Positions 53,440 to 64,000 of a stretch of DNA of 64,000 nt are shown one piece after another. The stretch's first letter is position 1, and the number at the start of each line of letters is the position of its first letter. The translations under genes were made by a program, and so were the position numbers. The notes below the pieces were generated by a model. That model ran no database searches, was not told the DNA's origin, and worked only from the letters and a program-made list of their open reading frames with translations. Origin of the DNA: Octopus sinensis (lineage: Eukaryota). Location of the stretch: positions 58,838,001 through 58,902,000 of the forward strand of contig NC_043010.1 in assembly GCF_006345805.1 (NCBI RefSeq), written 5' to 3'.

Positions 53440-55400
53440 GGACAAAGGGACAGTGCTCATGGCTTTTGTGGGTCTTCATACATTGATGAGATTGATGCTT
53501 CTAAGATTCCTCTTGAACTGGTGCAAATCAACAAGAATAATCAGCAAGAGGTTTCCAAAGACCCAAATGTTCTGGGAAGAAAGTCTACAAGGTGTACTGA
53601 TTAGTGGTGGGCCTGAGAAGGTTGGACACAACAAGAATGGTAAGAGGAGAAAAGACAAGTGGGTCGGGAATCCCTAAGCATCTTTAGATAAAAGATTGCA
53701 CACCTGAAGGCCAGAAGTCAGCGCATGTCTGTGAATGACTTTATGCCACTCGCTCTGATGGCCCTTTTCTTGATGTGGTACAGGATGTGTCTGTGTCTGT
53801 AGCAACAACACCATTCTAGATGTGAGAGCAACACTCCAGTGTGGGCCTCATTTCAGCTTAGTGAAGTGTCACTACTTACTATGGGAAGAAGTAACTTCTG
53901 TCCCTGAAGTGAGAGACCAGCCATTGGAATTTGATCTTAGCTATGTTTATAGATAGGCTTTCAACAGGAGAGATCCTCACAGACTGAGACGTTTAACATT
54001 TGAAGTGATTGTAATGATTCTACTCACATATTGCTCATCATTGAGTGGGACATGGTTTGATGATGTTGTCTTGGTATGAGTAATGTTTGTGTTTTGTTGC
54101 CGTTGAAAGACACTAGACTGACATATCCCCCGTTTGAAGATGCTTTTGAGAACTTTGTTAACAGAATTAGTGTGAGTTTGGTGGGTGGTGTCCAGGCTGC
54201 ATGTAGATGGTGCATAGTTGGGGACGGTTAGGCAGGAATGATGGTTAATGTATGTGGAAGAGGGGTCAGTGTCAGATGTAACAGTAAGAAGGTCATTGAT
54301 GTATAAAAGGAAAAGAGAAGGGGACGAAACTGAACCCTGGGACATGCTGGAGCTGATAAAGGGACGGGATGGAAGGAACTCTTTTAATATACCTGGCAAC
54401 ATTGTAATCTAATTAATGCTGCCAGCAGAAAGAATCGTTACCATTATGGCAAAATGCTTGATGCCATTACATCTGTTTTGACATTCCACCAAGGTTGAGT
54501 TTGCCTCTCGTTCTTTCGGATTCAATAAAATAAGTACCAGTTGTACACTGGGATCAACATAATCGACTTATCCCCTACCCTTAAAATTGCTGGCCTTGTG
54601 TCAAAACTTCAAACCAATATTGTAATCTAGAAGGGAGCTATCAGTCCAAGAGATGAGAGACAGGTGGCACCTATTGGTGTCCGATTTCAGTTGGAGATTT
54701 GAATGCCAGAGACATATTCCAGAGCTTAGATAACGGTCTTGCAGGTGGTTGGGGAGGAGGGGGAGGAACGAGTCTTTCCAGGTGTTGTAGGGATTGTCTC
54801 TGACTGAACAGATTCAGGGTAACTATTTTAGGGAGAAAGAGGCATTAAGTTTTTGTTACATTCAAGATGAGGTGCAACAGGCTTCAATGGATAATGCCAG
54901 TCCCCTGTCTGGCTCTTTTTAGGATAGGATAAAGATCCTTCCTGAGTCACGTAGACTGTTAGGGCCAGTTTCCTGATTTCTGTGGTGAATATATTCTCCC
55001 ACTGGATAGGATGCCAGAGCATCACAGGGTTGCTCCTTTTTGCCAGTTGAGTGGACTGAGGCAATGTGAAAGGAAGAGTTTTGCTCAAGAACACCATGGG
55101 TCACCCAGTTCAATAATTGAAATCAGAATGTCAGGGTCATGAGTCTAACAGCCTAACCAGGAATGAACTTTCTCCAGGGGAGACTGAGTTGAAGGACCAG
55201 AAGGGGCTAGAAGTAGAGGAGTTGTGCATTTGATTGTCAGAGGGAAGCTGTGATCAGATGAGCCAGTAACCATGGGGACCACAACAGTTTGGCTGAGCTC
55301 TGATTTTGATTGTTTGTCAGTCTGAGATGAAGGTAGAGAATGGTACATGTTGATGTGAAGAATTGAAGAATGGAGAAGATTATGGAGGTTCTAATAAGTT
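53440..55400 (-). mobile_element. Decayed CR1/L2/Jockey-group LINE (endonuclease end, RT, 3' end), interrupted by a SINE
   Basis: GSSDHSF (APE SDH motif), QGSVSSPSLFLLYINDLL (RT motif), FPRT..LW and LHQFKRNL at the C-terminus. Confidence 0.75.
54420..54620 (+). mobile_element. SINE family D (old) nested in the LINE
   Basis: gaatcgtta...gttgagtttgcc...ataagtaccagttg. Confidence 0.7.
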
Positions 55401-55454
55401 TTGTCTACATAAACTTCCAGAAACTCTGCAATAAGTCATCATCGTCACCATCTA

Positions 55455-55685
55455 TTTCTTTATTACCCACAAGGGGCTAAACACAGAGGGGACAAACAAG
55501 GACAGACAAAGGGATTAAGTTGATTACATCAACCCCAGTGCGTAACTGGTACTTAATTTATCGACCCCGAAAGGATGAAATGCAAAGTCGACCTCGGCGG
55601 AATTTGAACTCAGAACGTAGCTGCAGACGAAATACAGCTATGCAGTTCGTCCGACGTGCTAACATTTCTGCCAGCTTGTCACCAT
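55455..55685 (-). mobile_element. SINE family D (young)
   Basis: Near-identical to 53125-53342. Confidence 0.9.
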
Positions 55686-55734
55686 CACCACCATTAACAT
55701 CACCGTCATCATCAGCATCATCGTCATTGCTGTC

Positions 55735-56010
55735 ATCATCATAATCTAACACCCATTTTCCATGTTTGGCATGGGTTGGATGGTTTGACAGGAGCCATCA
55801 AGGCCGGAGAGCTGCACCAGGATCCTGCTGCCTGTTCTGGCTGGGTTTCCAAGGCTGGATGCCGTTCCTAAATGCCAACCACTTTACTGAGTGTATTGAG
55901 TGCTTTGTATGTGGCACCAGTATGAGACATGGCATAAGTATGGGACATGGTACCAGCATGGGGTATGGCACTAGTACAGAGGATGGCTCCAGCACAGGAC
56001 ATGGCACCAA
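55735..56010 (-). mobile_element. RTE tail followed by an 18-bp minisatellite (ggcaccagtatgagacat x ~5.5)
   Basis: Tail motif at 55750-55900; 18-bp periodicity at 55913-56010. Confidence 0.75.
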
Positions 56011-56019
56011 CACCATTAT

Positions 56020-56900
56020 GATATTCTAGATAATTTATAAAATCCTTCAGTTATTTGGAGAGAAGCAAGATTCCAGCTTTGAGAAATTCTCATAAAGTTA
56101 TAAGGAAAATATTGATCTTTGAAAATGTTTACAGAATTTTCTAATAATTTTACCAAAACTAAGAAAATAGTTGAAAGAAAAAACCTGTCTGATTTGAAGT
56201 TGACATACTAGATTAATTTTTGCAGGGTTTTTTCTTGAAAGCCAGAAATGAAAAACATGTCTGGAAATAATATAATTCATTACTAAAAGAAGTAAATCTC
56301 TGAAATGATATTCCAGAAATTTCCAAGAATTAATTGAAACATTTCTTAACAAAAAAAATATAAATTTCTAGAAAGTACATGAAGAATTTTTAAAATCTGC
56401 GGAATACTGAAATTTTCTGGAGATCTGTTTCAAACTTTTTGGGAAATTCTGATAATTTCAAGAACATTTATAAACTATTTCAAAGAATGACCAAAATTTA
56501 AAGAGATTTCCACAAAATTTTATATTCATTCATAGAAAGTTAATGCTAATGCACCATTTACATTTTATCAAAAGTTCAAAATTCTAACAGACTTCTGGAA
56601 TGTTAGACAGAAATGTCTGAGAAATCTGATAACCCTAACCCTACCTGGATTTAAAATTCTGATAAAACATAGGAAAATACATTGGACATTTTGTGGAATA
56701 ATCTGATAAGAATTCTAGAAAAACTTTTTCAAAATTTCTTAATATGTGTACCAGAATTTTTAAATTCTGACAAATTTATAGAAAAATACACTGGAAATTT
56801 CTTGGAAATTTTGATAAAAATTTCTTGAAAAATCTGTCAGAAATTTTAAAGGATTTATAACAAATTTTTCTTGCTGGAAATTAACAAATTCCACTGAGAT
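56020..56900. repeat. Highly degenerate AT-rich satellite built from gaaatt/ttctag(a)aa motifs
   Basis: Recurrent aaattct, agaaattt and ttctagaa words; (TAACCC)2 at 56630-56641. Confidence 0.5.
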
Positions 56901-57146
56901 ATAGTGATTCTATCAGCTTGTAATACATGATTAGATTAGAGGAGAGAGGAATTGCACGCTGCCTCCACAGTAGCGTGTTCTTGATACAGATGAAATATTC
57001 CGCCAGCTCATTGCACTTTTACTGAACACAGTCCCTTTAAGTAAATCGACTGCCTTGTTTGATAGCCGAGGCAAGATGTGTGTGTGTGTGTGTTCGTGCG
57101 TGTGTGTGTGTATTACTGCTTGTGCGATTGTGTACCTGACTGACTA

Positions 57147-57185
<39 letters not shown>

Positions 57186-57553
57186 CATTCCCTGTCTTTC
57201 TCTGTGTCTGTGTGTTTGCTTGTCTCTGCGACTGAATCAGCTTCTATGTAAATGTGTGTGTGTGGAGAGAGAGAGAGAGAGCAAAAAGTAAATCTCAAAA
57301 GAAGGACTCAATATAAAAGAAGAGTGTATATCAGTATATTATTTAATAAAGTGTTTATTTTTATATTGTGCAATTAACTCTGTGTATGTGTCTGTACTTA
57401 TACATGGAGAGAAAAGTGTCTATAAGTACGTGTGTATATGTATGTGTACCTACACATATATATATATATATGTATATATATATATTATATATATATATAT
57501 ATATAATATATATATTTATATGTATATATATGTATATATATATACATATATAT

Positions 57554-57963
57554 ACTCTCTTTTTACTCTTTTACTTGTTTCAGTCATTTGACTGCGGCCA
57601 TGCTGGAGCACCGCCTTTAGTCGAGCAAATCAAACCCAGGACTTATTCTTTGTAAGCCTAGTACTTATTCTATTGGTACTTTTTGTCTAACCGCTAAGTT
57701 ACGGGGACATAAACACTCCAGCACTGATTGTCAAGCGATGTTGGGGGGACAAACACAGACACACAAACACACACACACACATATACATATACATATATAC
57801 GACGGGCTTCTTTCAGTTTCCCTCTACCAAATCCACTCAGAAGGCTTTGGTTGGGCCGAGGCTATAGTATAAGACACTTGCCCAAGGTGCCACACAGTGG
57901 GACTGAATCCGGAATCATGCGGTTGGTAAGCAAGTTACTTACCACACAGCCACTCCTGTGCCT
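57554..57963 (-). mobile_element. Full-length SINE family A
   Basis: Same sequence as 12030-12448. Confidence 0.92.
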
Positions 57964-57974
57964 ACATACACATA

Positions 57975-58150
57975 ATAGTGCCACATAAGAAGCACCCAAT
58001 CCACTCTGTAAAATGGTTGGCATTTAGAAGGGTATCCAGCTGCAAAAATGTGAAAATCATGTGAAAATAGACAGTGGAGGTTGTTACTGTCCTCTGGCAT
58101 GCCAGCCCCTCTGAAACCACCCAACCCATGACAGCATGAAAGATGGACGT
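57975..58150 (+). mobile_element. RTE tail repeat (diverged)
   Basis: cactctgtaaaatggttggcatttagaagggtatccagc...cccatgacagcatgaaagatggacgttaaatga. Confidence 0.7.
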
Positions 58151-58269
58151 TAAATGAAGGAGGAGGAGGAGGAGAAGAAGAAGAAAAAGAAGAAGAAGAA
58201 GAAGAAGAAGGTGGTGGTGGTGGTGGTTGTGGTTGTGGTGGTGGTGGTTGCGGAGGAGGAGGAGGATGA

Positions 58270-59500
58270 TAAACTGCTGCAGTAGAAGAAATCAGCCCTA
58301 AATAAACTGCTGTACTTGGTATTTGCTGATATGGAAAAACCCTTTGACAGGATGCTTTGCTCCCTTATCTGAGGAAGCCAGGGGTAAATAAAAGGCCAGT
58401 GGGATCTGTCCAAGCCATGCAGAAGGTAAATCTTACTAATACTAATAATGTGGTGAAGCAAAGAATTTAGTGTGCAGGTAGGTGCTCACCAGTGCTCAGT
58501 TGTTAACCATCCCTTATTCAACATAGCCCTTTGGGTCACAACTGAAGAGTTTAAGACTGGCAGCTCATGGGAGCAACTCCTTTCTGTTGATGATCCCGTT
58601 TAAATAGTTGAATCTGCACTAGAATAACAAAAGATATTCCTGCTGTGGAAGCAAAACCTGGCATCAAAGGGCCTTAAAGTTGACCCAGCAAAGACCAAAA
58701 TTGTAGTAAGAAAATTGACAGGACTCTCCCCATCAATTAAATGCCCTAATTGATATGTTGGAATCGTGTTGCAATAGAAATTCCATATGGTGTCCCCTGT
58801 GCAAACTATGGACACATGAGAAGCAGAGTCATGAAAGATCAACAGAGAAAGTAGTGTTTGTGTGTAGAAGATGTACAGGAACCATAAACACTAAGAACAC
58901 ACCAGAAATAGAGTTCTTTAAATGTCGAAGAGGATCCTTAGAAGTGGTAGATAATTTCTGTTATGATGGTGATCTAATTAGCAGCAGTGGAGGAGGTTGT
59001 TCGAAAAGTATAGCTGCTAGGATAAGAACAGGATGGAGAAAGTTCAGGGTGTTACTACCTCTGTTGGCAACAAAAAGTCTCTCAGAGGAAAAGGAAGACT
59101 GCATGATACCTGTGCACAGACAGTTACTCCATATGGTGGTGAAACAGGAGCTGTGGATGCAGAGGGCATGCGATGACGTGAAAGAAATGAATCCAACATG
59201 GATGTGCAATGTCAGACTACGTGTATAACAGAGAGTAAATGTTTTGAGAGAAAAATTAGGGATAAGAGGCCTCAAGTGTAATGTGAAGGAGAGAAGACTG
59301 CAGTGGTTGGTTGAATGGTTTGTATGGATGAGGACAGCTGCGTAAAGAAGTGCTGATGGCTAAATGTGGAAGGAACCTGTAGAGGAGGAAGACTTGAGAC
59401 AAAGTAGATCCAGATGTTGAGCCTCACAAAGGAGATGATAAAGGACTGAGATGATTAGGGATTTGCTGTAACTTCAGAAAACCCATCCAGCAGACCAAAA
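58270..59500 (+). mobile_element. Decayed RTE LINE RT fragment
   Basis: CRRCTG..LEVVDNFCYDGDLISS..CSKSIAARIRTGWRKFRVLLPLL. Confidence 0.88.
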
Positions 59501-59699
59501 ATAAGAACCTAGAAGCCTGGGGTCAATGTCTAAACCCCTGAACACAATCTGTCCATGGTGAATCTCTCTCGTCCTTTCTGACATCCACCCACCACTCACT
59601 GCATTCCCTTCTCTTTTATCTTCTACACTCCTTTCACACCCTACTGAACTTACATACCCTCACTCACCTTAATCCAATCCTTTCTACCACTTCATTTAC

Positions 59700-60040
59700 A
59701 TTCACCTCCTTGTAATGCAGGAAATACATGGGGGCAATGGAAGGCCCCTTCAGCACCCGCTTTAATAACTACAAGTCCTCATTCAACATCCCAGAGAGAC
59801 GTAATGTCACAACCCTAGCCAAGCACATCAGGACTTTGAAAGAGGGCAACACAGAGTACAGCATAAAGTGGAAGATTCTAGAAAGATGCAAACCATACTC
59901 CACTAGCAGCAAGAAATGCAGATTATGCCTGGCTGAGAAGAGAGCAATTTTAAAAGGTACCCAACGCCCAGATGTTTACCTGAATAGTAGGAGCGAGGTG
60001 TTTAATCCTTGCCCACATGATAGGTAGTACATTCTTTCGT
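59700..60040 (+). mobile_element. Penelope-like GIY-YIG endonuclease C-terminal fragment
   Basis: KYMGAMEGPFSTRFNNYKSSF..NVTTLAKHI..LK..IKWKILE..PYS..KKCRLCLAEK..LNSRSEVFNPCPH. Confidence 0.88.
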
Positions 60041-60732
60041 ACCTACACATCCACCATGACTGCAACCATAGGTTCCCTGCTTCGACCTTCTGCAAACAAC
60101 CTTCCACTAATGGCTGTAAATTCATAACATTTTAAGGAGCTCAACTTCTTGGCAAAAAAGTCTGATAAATATATTCTAGTTACGACTTCTGATTCATACG
60201 TTGCTGTAAAGATTTTGTATAGAAATGAATTATGGCAGAATGCTTAACATACTTATTGAAGAATTATGTAAATATAAGTGCAGTTAGACATTTCAATATA
60301 CTAGCTAACATTGCAGTCTGTAGTCATAGTAATGTTAGGAGATATTTAGTATAATGTAAGCTATGGTGACCCCAGAACATTCAAATGTAGAACTGCATCC
60401 AAATTGACATAGCTCTATTGTTACGATATTGAGCTCTCTGTGACGTTTCACTTTTATACTGAAATGTGATGGTAGTGGATGTATTACAACGTAGAAGTTA
60501 GAACATACCTACATACACGCATACTTACATATATACATACATAAATTCATTCATACATACATTCATGCATACATTCAGTCATACATACATGCATACATGC
60601 ATGTATACATACACATATACATATTAGTGTGTGTGTGTGAATGTATGTATATACACGTACATATATGTATTTATATATATGAAAATATATTAAGCTAAGT
60701 AGGGTGTAAGAGTGTGTATATATATGTATATA

Positions 60733-60769
<37 letters not shown>

Positions 60770-61038
60770 TTAATAAGGGTGAGAGAATTAGATACTAATT
60801 TAATAGTATATTTATTCAACACCAAGTGGCCTAGTGCTACGGGAAACCTGGATTATTATAATATTTTATAACATATTATAATATTTATACAAAATAAATA
60901 TAAGAGAGTGGTCACTATATTGCTCACTCTAGCACCAGTTAATCCAAAAGGTTTCAACCACGAAAATACATGTTTCCCATGAAAGCCAGTACGACTGTTA
61001 GCTCACACGGACAGGGCAAGTAAAAAATAACAAAAATA

Positions 61039-61134
61039 CAGATTATTTTGGGACAATTGTTTCGCTATTAATGAATTAAATGTAATATTACTTACAAAAA
61101 AATCCATTTGTAGCTCGTCAGCCAAGACTATCTG
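61039..61134 (-). ncRNA. Intact type I hammerhead ribozyme
   Basis: cagatagtcttgg CTGACGA gcta...tagc GAAA caattg TC ccaaaataatctg; GUC cleavage after minus-strand nt 61052; stem I pairs 11/13. Confidence 0.85.
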
Positions 61135-61384
61135 GATGAAATCCACTCAATCACACGCCAGATTTTACCATAACGATAAGTACGCGTGTGGTTCAATTGA
61201 TTACATCCGACGTCTAATTCAAATGCCCCAACCAACAGCGCGCCAAACTTTCACGGAAAACAAATACAGCATTTAGAAATAAAATGCAGCATAATTATAA
61301 TTAATTAATAAGGGTGAGAGAATTAGATACTAATTTAATAGTATATTTATTCAACACCAAGTGGCCTAGTGCTACGAGAAACCT

Positions 61385-61476
61385 GATTATTAGCTGACGA
61401 GCTACAAATGGATTTTTTTGTAAGTAATATTACATTTAATTCATTAATAGCGAAACAATTGTCCCAAAATAATCTG
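61385..61476 (+). ncRNA. Type I hammerhead ribozyme with chimeric stem I at the inversion junction
   Basis: CTGACGA 61394-61400, GAAA 61452-61455, caattg, GTC 61461-61463; native 5' stem I strand replaced by gattattag. Confidence 0.7.
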
Positions 61477-61909
61477 TATTTTTGTTATTTTTACTTGCCC
61501 TGTCCGTGTGAGCTAACAGTCGTACTGGCTTTCATGGGAAACATGTATTTTCGTGGTTGAAACCTTTGGATTAACTGGTGCTAGAGTGAGCAATATAGTG
61601 CCACTCTCTTATATTTATTTTGTATAATATTATAATATGTTATAAAATATATATAATCCAGTTTCTCGTAGCACTAGGCCACTTGGTGTTGAATAAATAT
61701 ACTATTAATTAGTATCTAATTCTCTCACCCTTATTAATTAATTATAATTATGCTGCATTTATTTCTAAATGCTGTATTTGTTTTCCGTGAAAGTTTGGCG
61801 CGCTGTTGGTTGGGGCATTTGAATTATAACGTCGGATGTAATCAATTGAACCACACGCGTACTTATCGTTATGGTAAAATCTGGCGTGTGATTGAGTGGA
61901 TTCATCATC

Positions 61910-62002
61910 CAGATAGTCTTGGCTGACGAGCTACAAATGGATTTTTTTTTGTAATATTACTTTAATTCATTAATAGCGAAACAATGGTCCCAAAATAATC
62001 TG
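61910..62002 (+). ncRNA. Type I hammerhead ribozyme (stem III variant caatgg)
   Basis: cagatagtcttgg CTGACGA (61923-61929) gcta...tagc GAAA caatgg TC (61988-61989) ccaaaataatctg. Confidence 0.8.
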
Positions 62003-62150
62003 TATTTTTGTTATTTTTACTTGCCCTGTCCGTGTGAGCTAACAGTCGTACTGGCTTTCATGGGAACATGTATTTTCGTGGTTGAAACCTTTGGATTAAC
62101 TGGTGCTAGAGTGAGCAATATAGGGACCACTCTCTCTTATATTATTTTAT

Positions 62151-62200
<50 letters not shown>

Positions 62201-62759
62201 CACATACACAGTGACTAATCTGAGAGAGTGCTTGTATACACACACACACACATATATACACACACACACATATATATACAACTCTATGAACTAATATCAA
62301 AAATCTCTGCATACTGACACAATTCTACAATATGAACAAGATTATTGAGGATTAGAGAAGATTTGCACTGGATACACCCATCCATCAATGCAGACATACA
62401 TATATGGTGATTGCTCCATCATCATCAATGATTGCCATCTCTATCTGAGCTGCCTCCTTGTCAATGGCCTTCCATCTATGACCTCTCACTTGACTGTTCA
62501 AGTTCTGCTGCAGATCTCTAGCATTTGCAACACTGGTGGCAGACAAAAGTTATCCCTTCCACTGGATCTGTTGGATCACTCTGTGGAAGATATAATCCCT
62601 GTGAACCACCTTGTGCCTCTTTGGATCTGAAATCAACTTGCAAGCCCTTTCACACCCTACACAATTCAAATCCCTTGGCTTGGGAGAAAGAACTTTGCAT
62701 ACAGTTGACCTGTCATGGGATTTCAGACAGGTGACACACACCCAGCCTTATAACTGAGT

Positions 62760-63125
62760 ACACAACCAAGCGTTTCACACCTTCAACATTTTACGTTCTC
62801 ATTGAAGTTCTGATGACAGCACCTTTAGGCTTTTGTGTTCAAGGCAACCCTCTTGAAAAAGTCTTACAACCTTCCATTATATTCTTCCTGCTCTCAGCTC
62901 TTTCTGAAGCAAGTTCTTCCCAGTGTCTTACATTGATTTGCAGGTCCTTCAGGTTACCTTTTATGCAGTCTTTGTACCTTTTTTTTGTAGTTTGTGCTGA
63001 GGATTCTTCCAAAGCACAACTCACTGTAAACAACTGCTTCTGAATCTCATTATCTTCTGTAAGCACATGACCTGCCTAATGCATCTGAGAAGATATGATG
63101 AGTGACTGGATGCTTCTGCACCCTG
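62760..63125 (-). mobile_element. RTE (BovB-like) LINE C-terminal fragment
   Basis: QKQLF..LEESSAQTTKKRYKDCIKGNLKDLQINVRHWEELASERAE.RKNIMEGCKTF. Confidence 0.85.
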
Positions 63126-63154
63126 CCTTAGCTACTCACACACACACACACACA

Positions 63155-63185
<31 letters not shown>

Positions 63186-63219
63186 TTATCCAAAATGAAT
63201 AATAGTAAACATCCATCAT

Positions 63220-63311
63220 GGCTGATCTTACTAACTGGTTTCATGTAAAAAATACAATGGAGTGTTAGGCAACAAACCAATTATATAACTTTACACTCAT
63301 CAGAGTTAGCC
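63220..63311 (-). ncRNA. Type I hammerhead motif (decayed), homolog of 7090-7185
   Basis: Minus strand: ggctaact CTGATGA gtgtaa...ttacat GAAA ccagttag TA agatcagcc; body highly similar to the 7090 copy. Confidence 0.65.
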
Positions 63312-63539
63312 GATATGGAAAGGAATATGGCAACTGTTCTCTATTGTCAGAGTTGGATGAGTAAAAGTGGTCAGAAGCTGCTGTGAAAAAGTGGGTGGAA
63401 TGAAACAGGGGCCAGGGGATTAGTTTAGGAGCTATGTCCCTTGGTTGGGTATGCTGTGAAGCCAGCAAGAGTTATCTTGAAGTGGGCAAGTGTGTATTAT
63501 TAATGTGGTACTCTTATGGGGATGGGGTATGAGGTATGT

Positions 63540-63900
63540 GTAGCAGTGTCATATGTAGAATTTTTCGGGGGTGTCGGTATATATAGCTGTGTTTGTTAGT
63601 CTTCTTTCTGTAAAGGATAGAGTTGTTATTGGGGGTGGGATGTGTATATGTGGGGGTATGTGTTGGGGGAAACAGTTTATTTTGTATGGCATCCACCTTA
63701 TAGGGGTGTATGCATGTATATACATGGGTGACTTGGTGTGTGTCTTGGTCAAATTCTTTTTGCCAGGCTCAAGGACATTAGTGTATTTGTGAATTCAAGA
63801 GGAGCTATTTTTAGTCGCCCATGAAATTGGTTTGGTTTATAAAATAACAGTTCCTTAGTTGGTCTTCTCTTTCTAGATTCATGGTCCCTTGAATGGAGTG
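63540..63900 (-). mobile_element. Possible Penelope-like RT remnant upstream of the 63220 hammerhead
   Basis: Weak motifs FYKP..MG..APL..N.LM and ILYRKKTNKHSYI (cf. YKQ..G.AMG..AP..AN.FM; VYRKPT). Confidence 0.35.
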
Positions 63901-64000
63901 AATGTGTGCTTGTAAATTTCCTTGGTTCCACTGAAGATCAGAGCAAGTCTATGAATTTTTAGGTTTTTTTTAGACAGAATATTGGAAGTAATTTTGATAG

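Larger units (their letters stand above)
60763..62150. mobile_element. Non-coding ~529-nt-unit repeat array (inverted plus tandem) with hammerhead ribozymes; retrozyme / PLE pseudo-LTR-like
   Basis: Left arm 60763-61392 (~1.2 units, minus sense) joined to right arm 61393-62150 (~1.4 units, plus sense); near-identical copies; both ends run into (TA)n. Confidence 0.9.

Noticed and set aside
60763-62150. Possibility that the inverted array is a missed-adapter long-read palindrome
   Set aside because: The arms are out of phase and of different extent rather than mirror images, which fits a PLE-type insertion; raw reads should still be checked

Overview
This is AT-rich, repeat-dominated animal DNA. 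The SINE and LINE complement and the long (TA)n/(CA)n/(GAT)n tracts suggest a coleoid cephalopod, probably Octopus (inference). It looks intronic or intergenic. No complete protein-coding gene can be supported: almost all listed ORFs are translated microsatellites or decayed transposons, and only a few weak minus-strand exon candidates exist. Annotated elements include tRNA-derived SINEs of about four families, many RTE-type LINE fragments and tails, a CR1/L2-like LINE, Tc1/mariner derivatives including fold-back elements, Helitron/Helentron-type non-autonomous elements, and several Penelope-like (PLE) RT/GIY-YIG remnants. The most interesting signal is a set of hammerhead ribozyme (HHR) motifs. 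A young non-coding repeat array at 60763-62150 has a ~529-nt unit in tandem plus inverted arrangement and carries three type I HHR cores (CUGACGA...GAAA-CAAUUG-UC) with a palindromic stem III, resembling a retrozyme or PLE pseudo-LTR that could release a ~526-nt circularisable RNA. At least four further dispersed, partly decayed HHR motifs from unrelated families occur at 5712, 7090, 14584 and 63220, plus a weaker one at 15114. All structures were read by eye, and element boundaries are approximate unless exact motifs are quoted.
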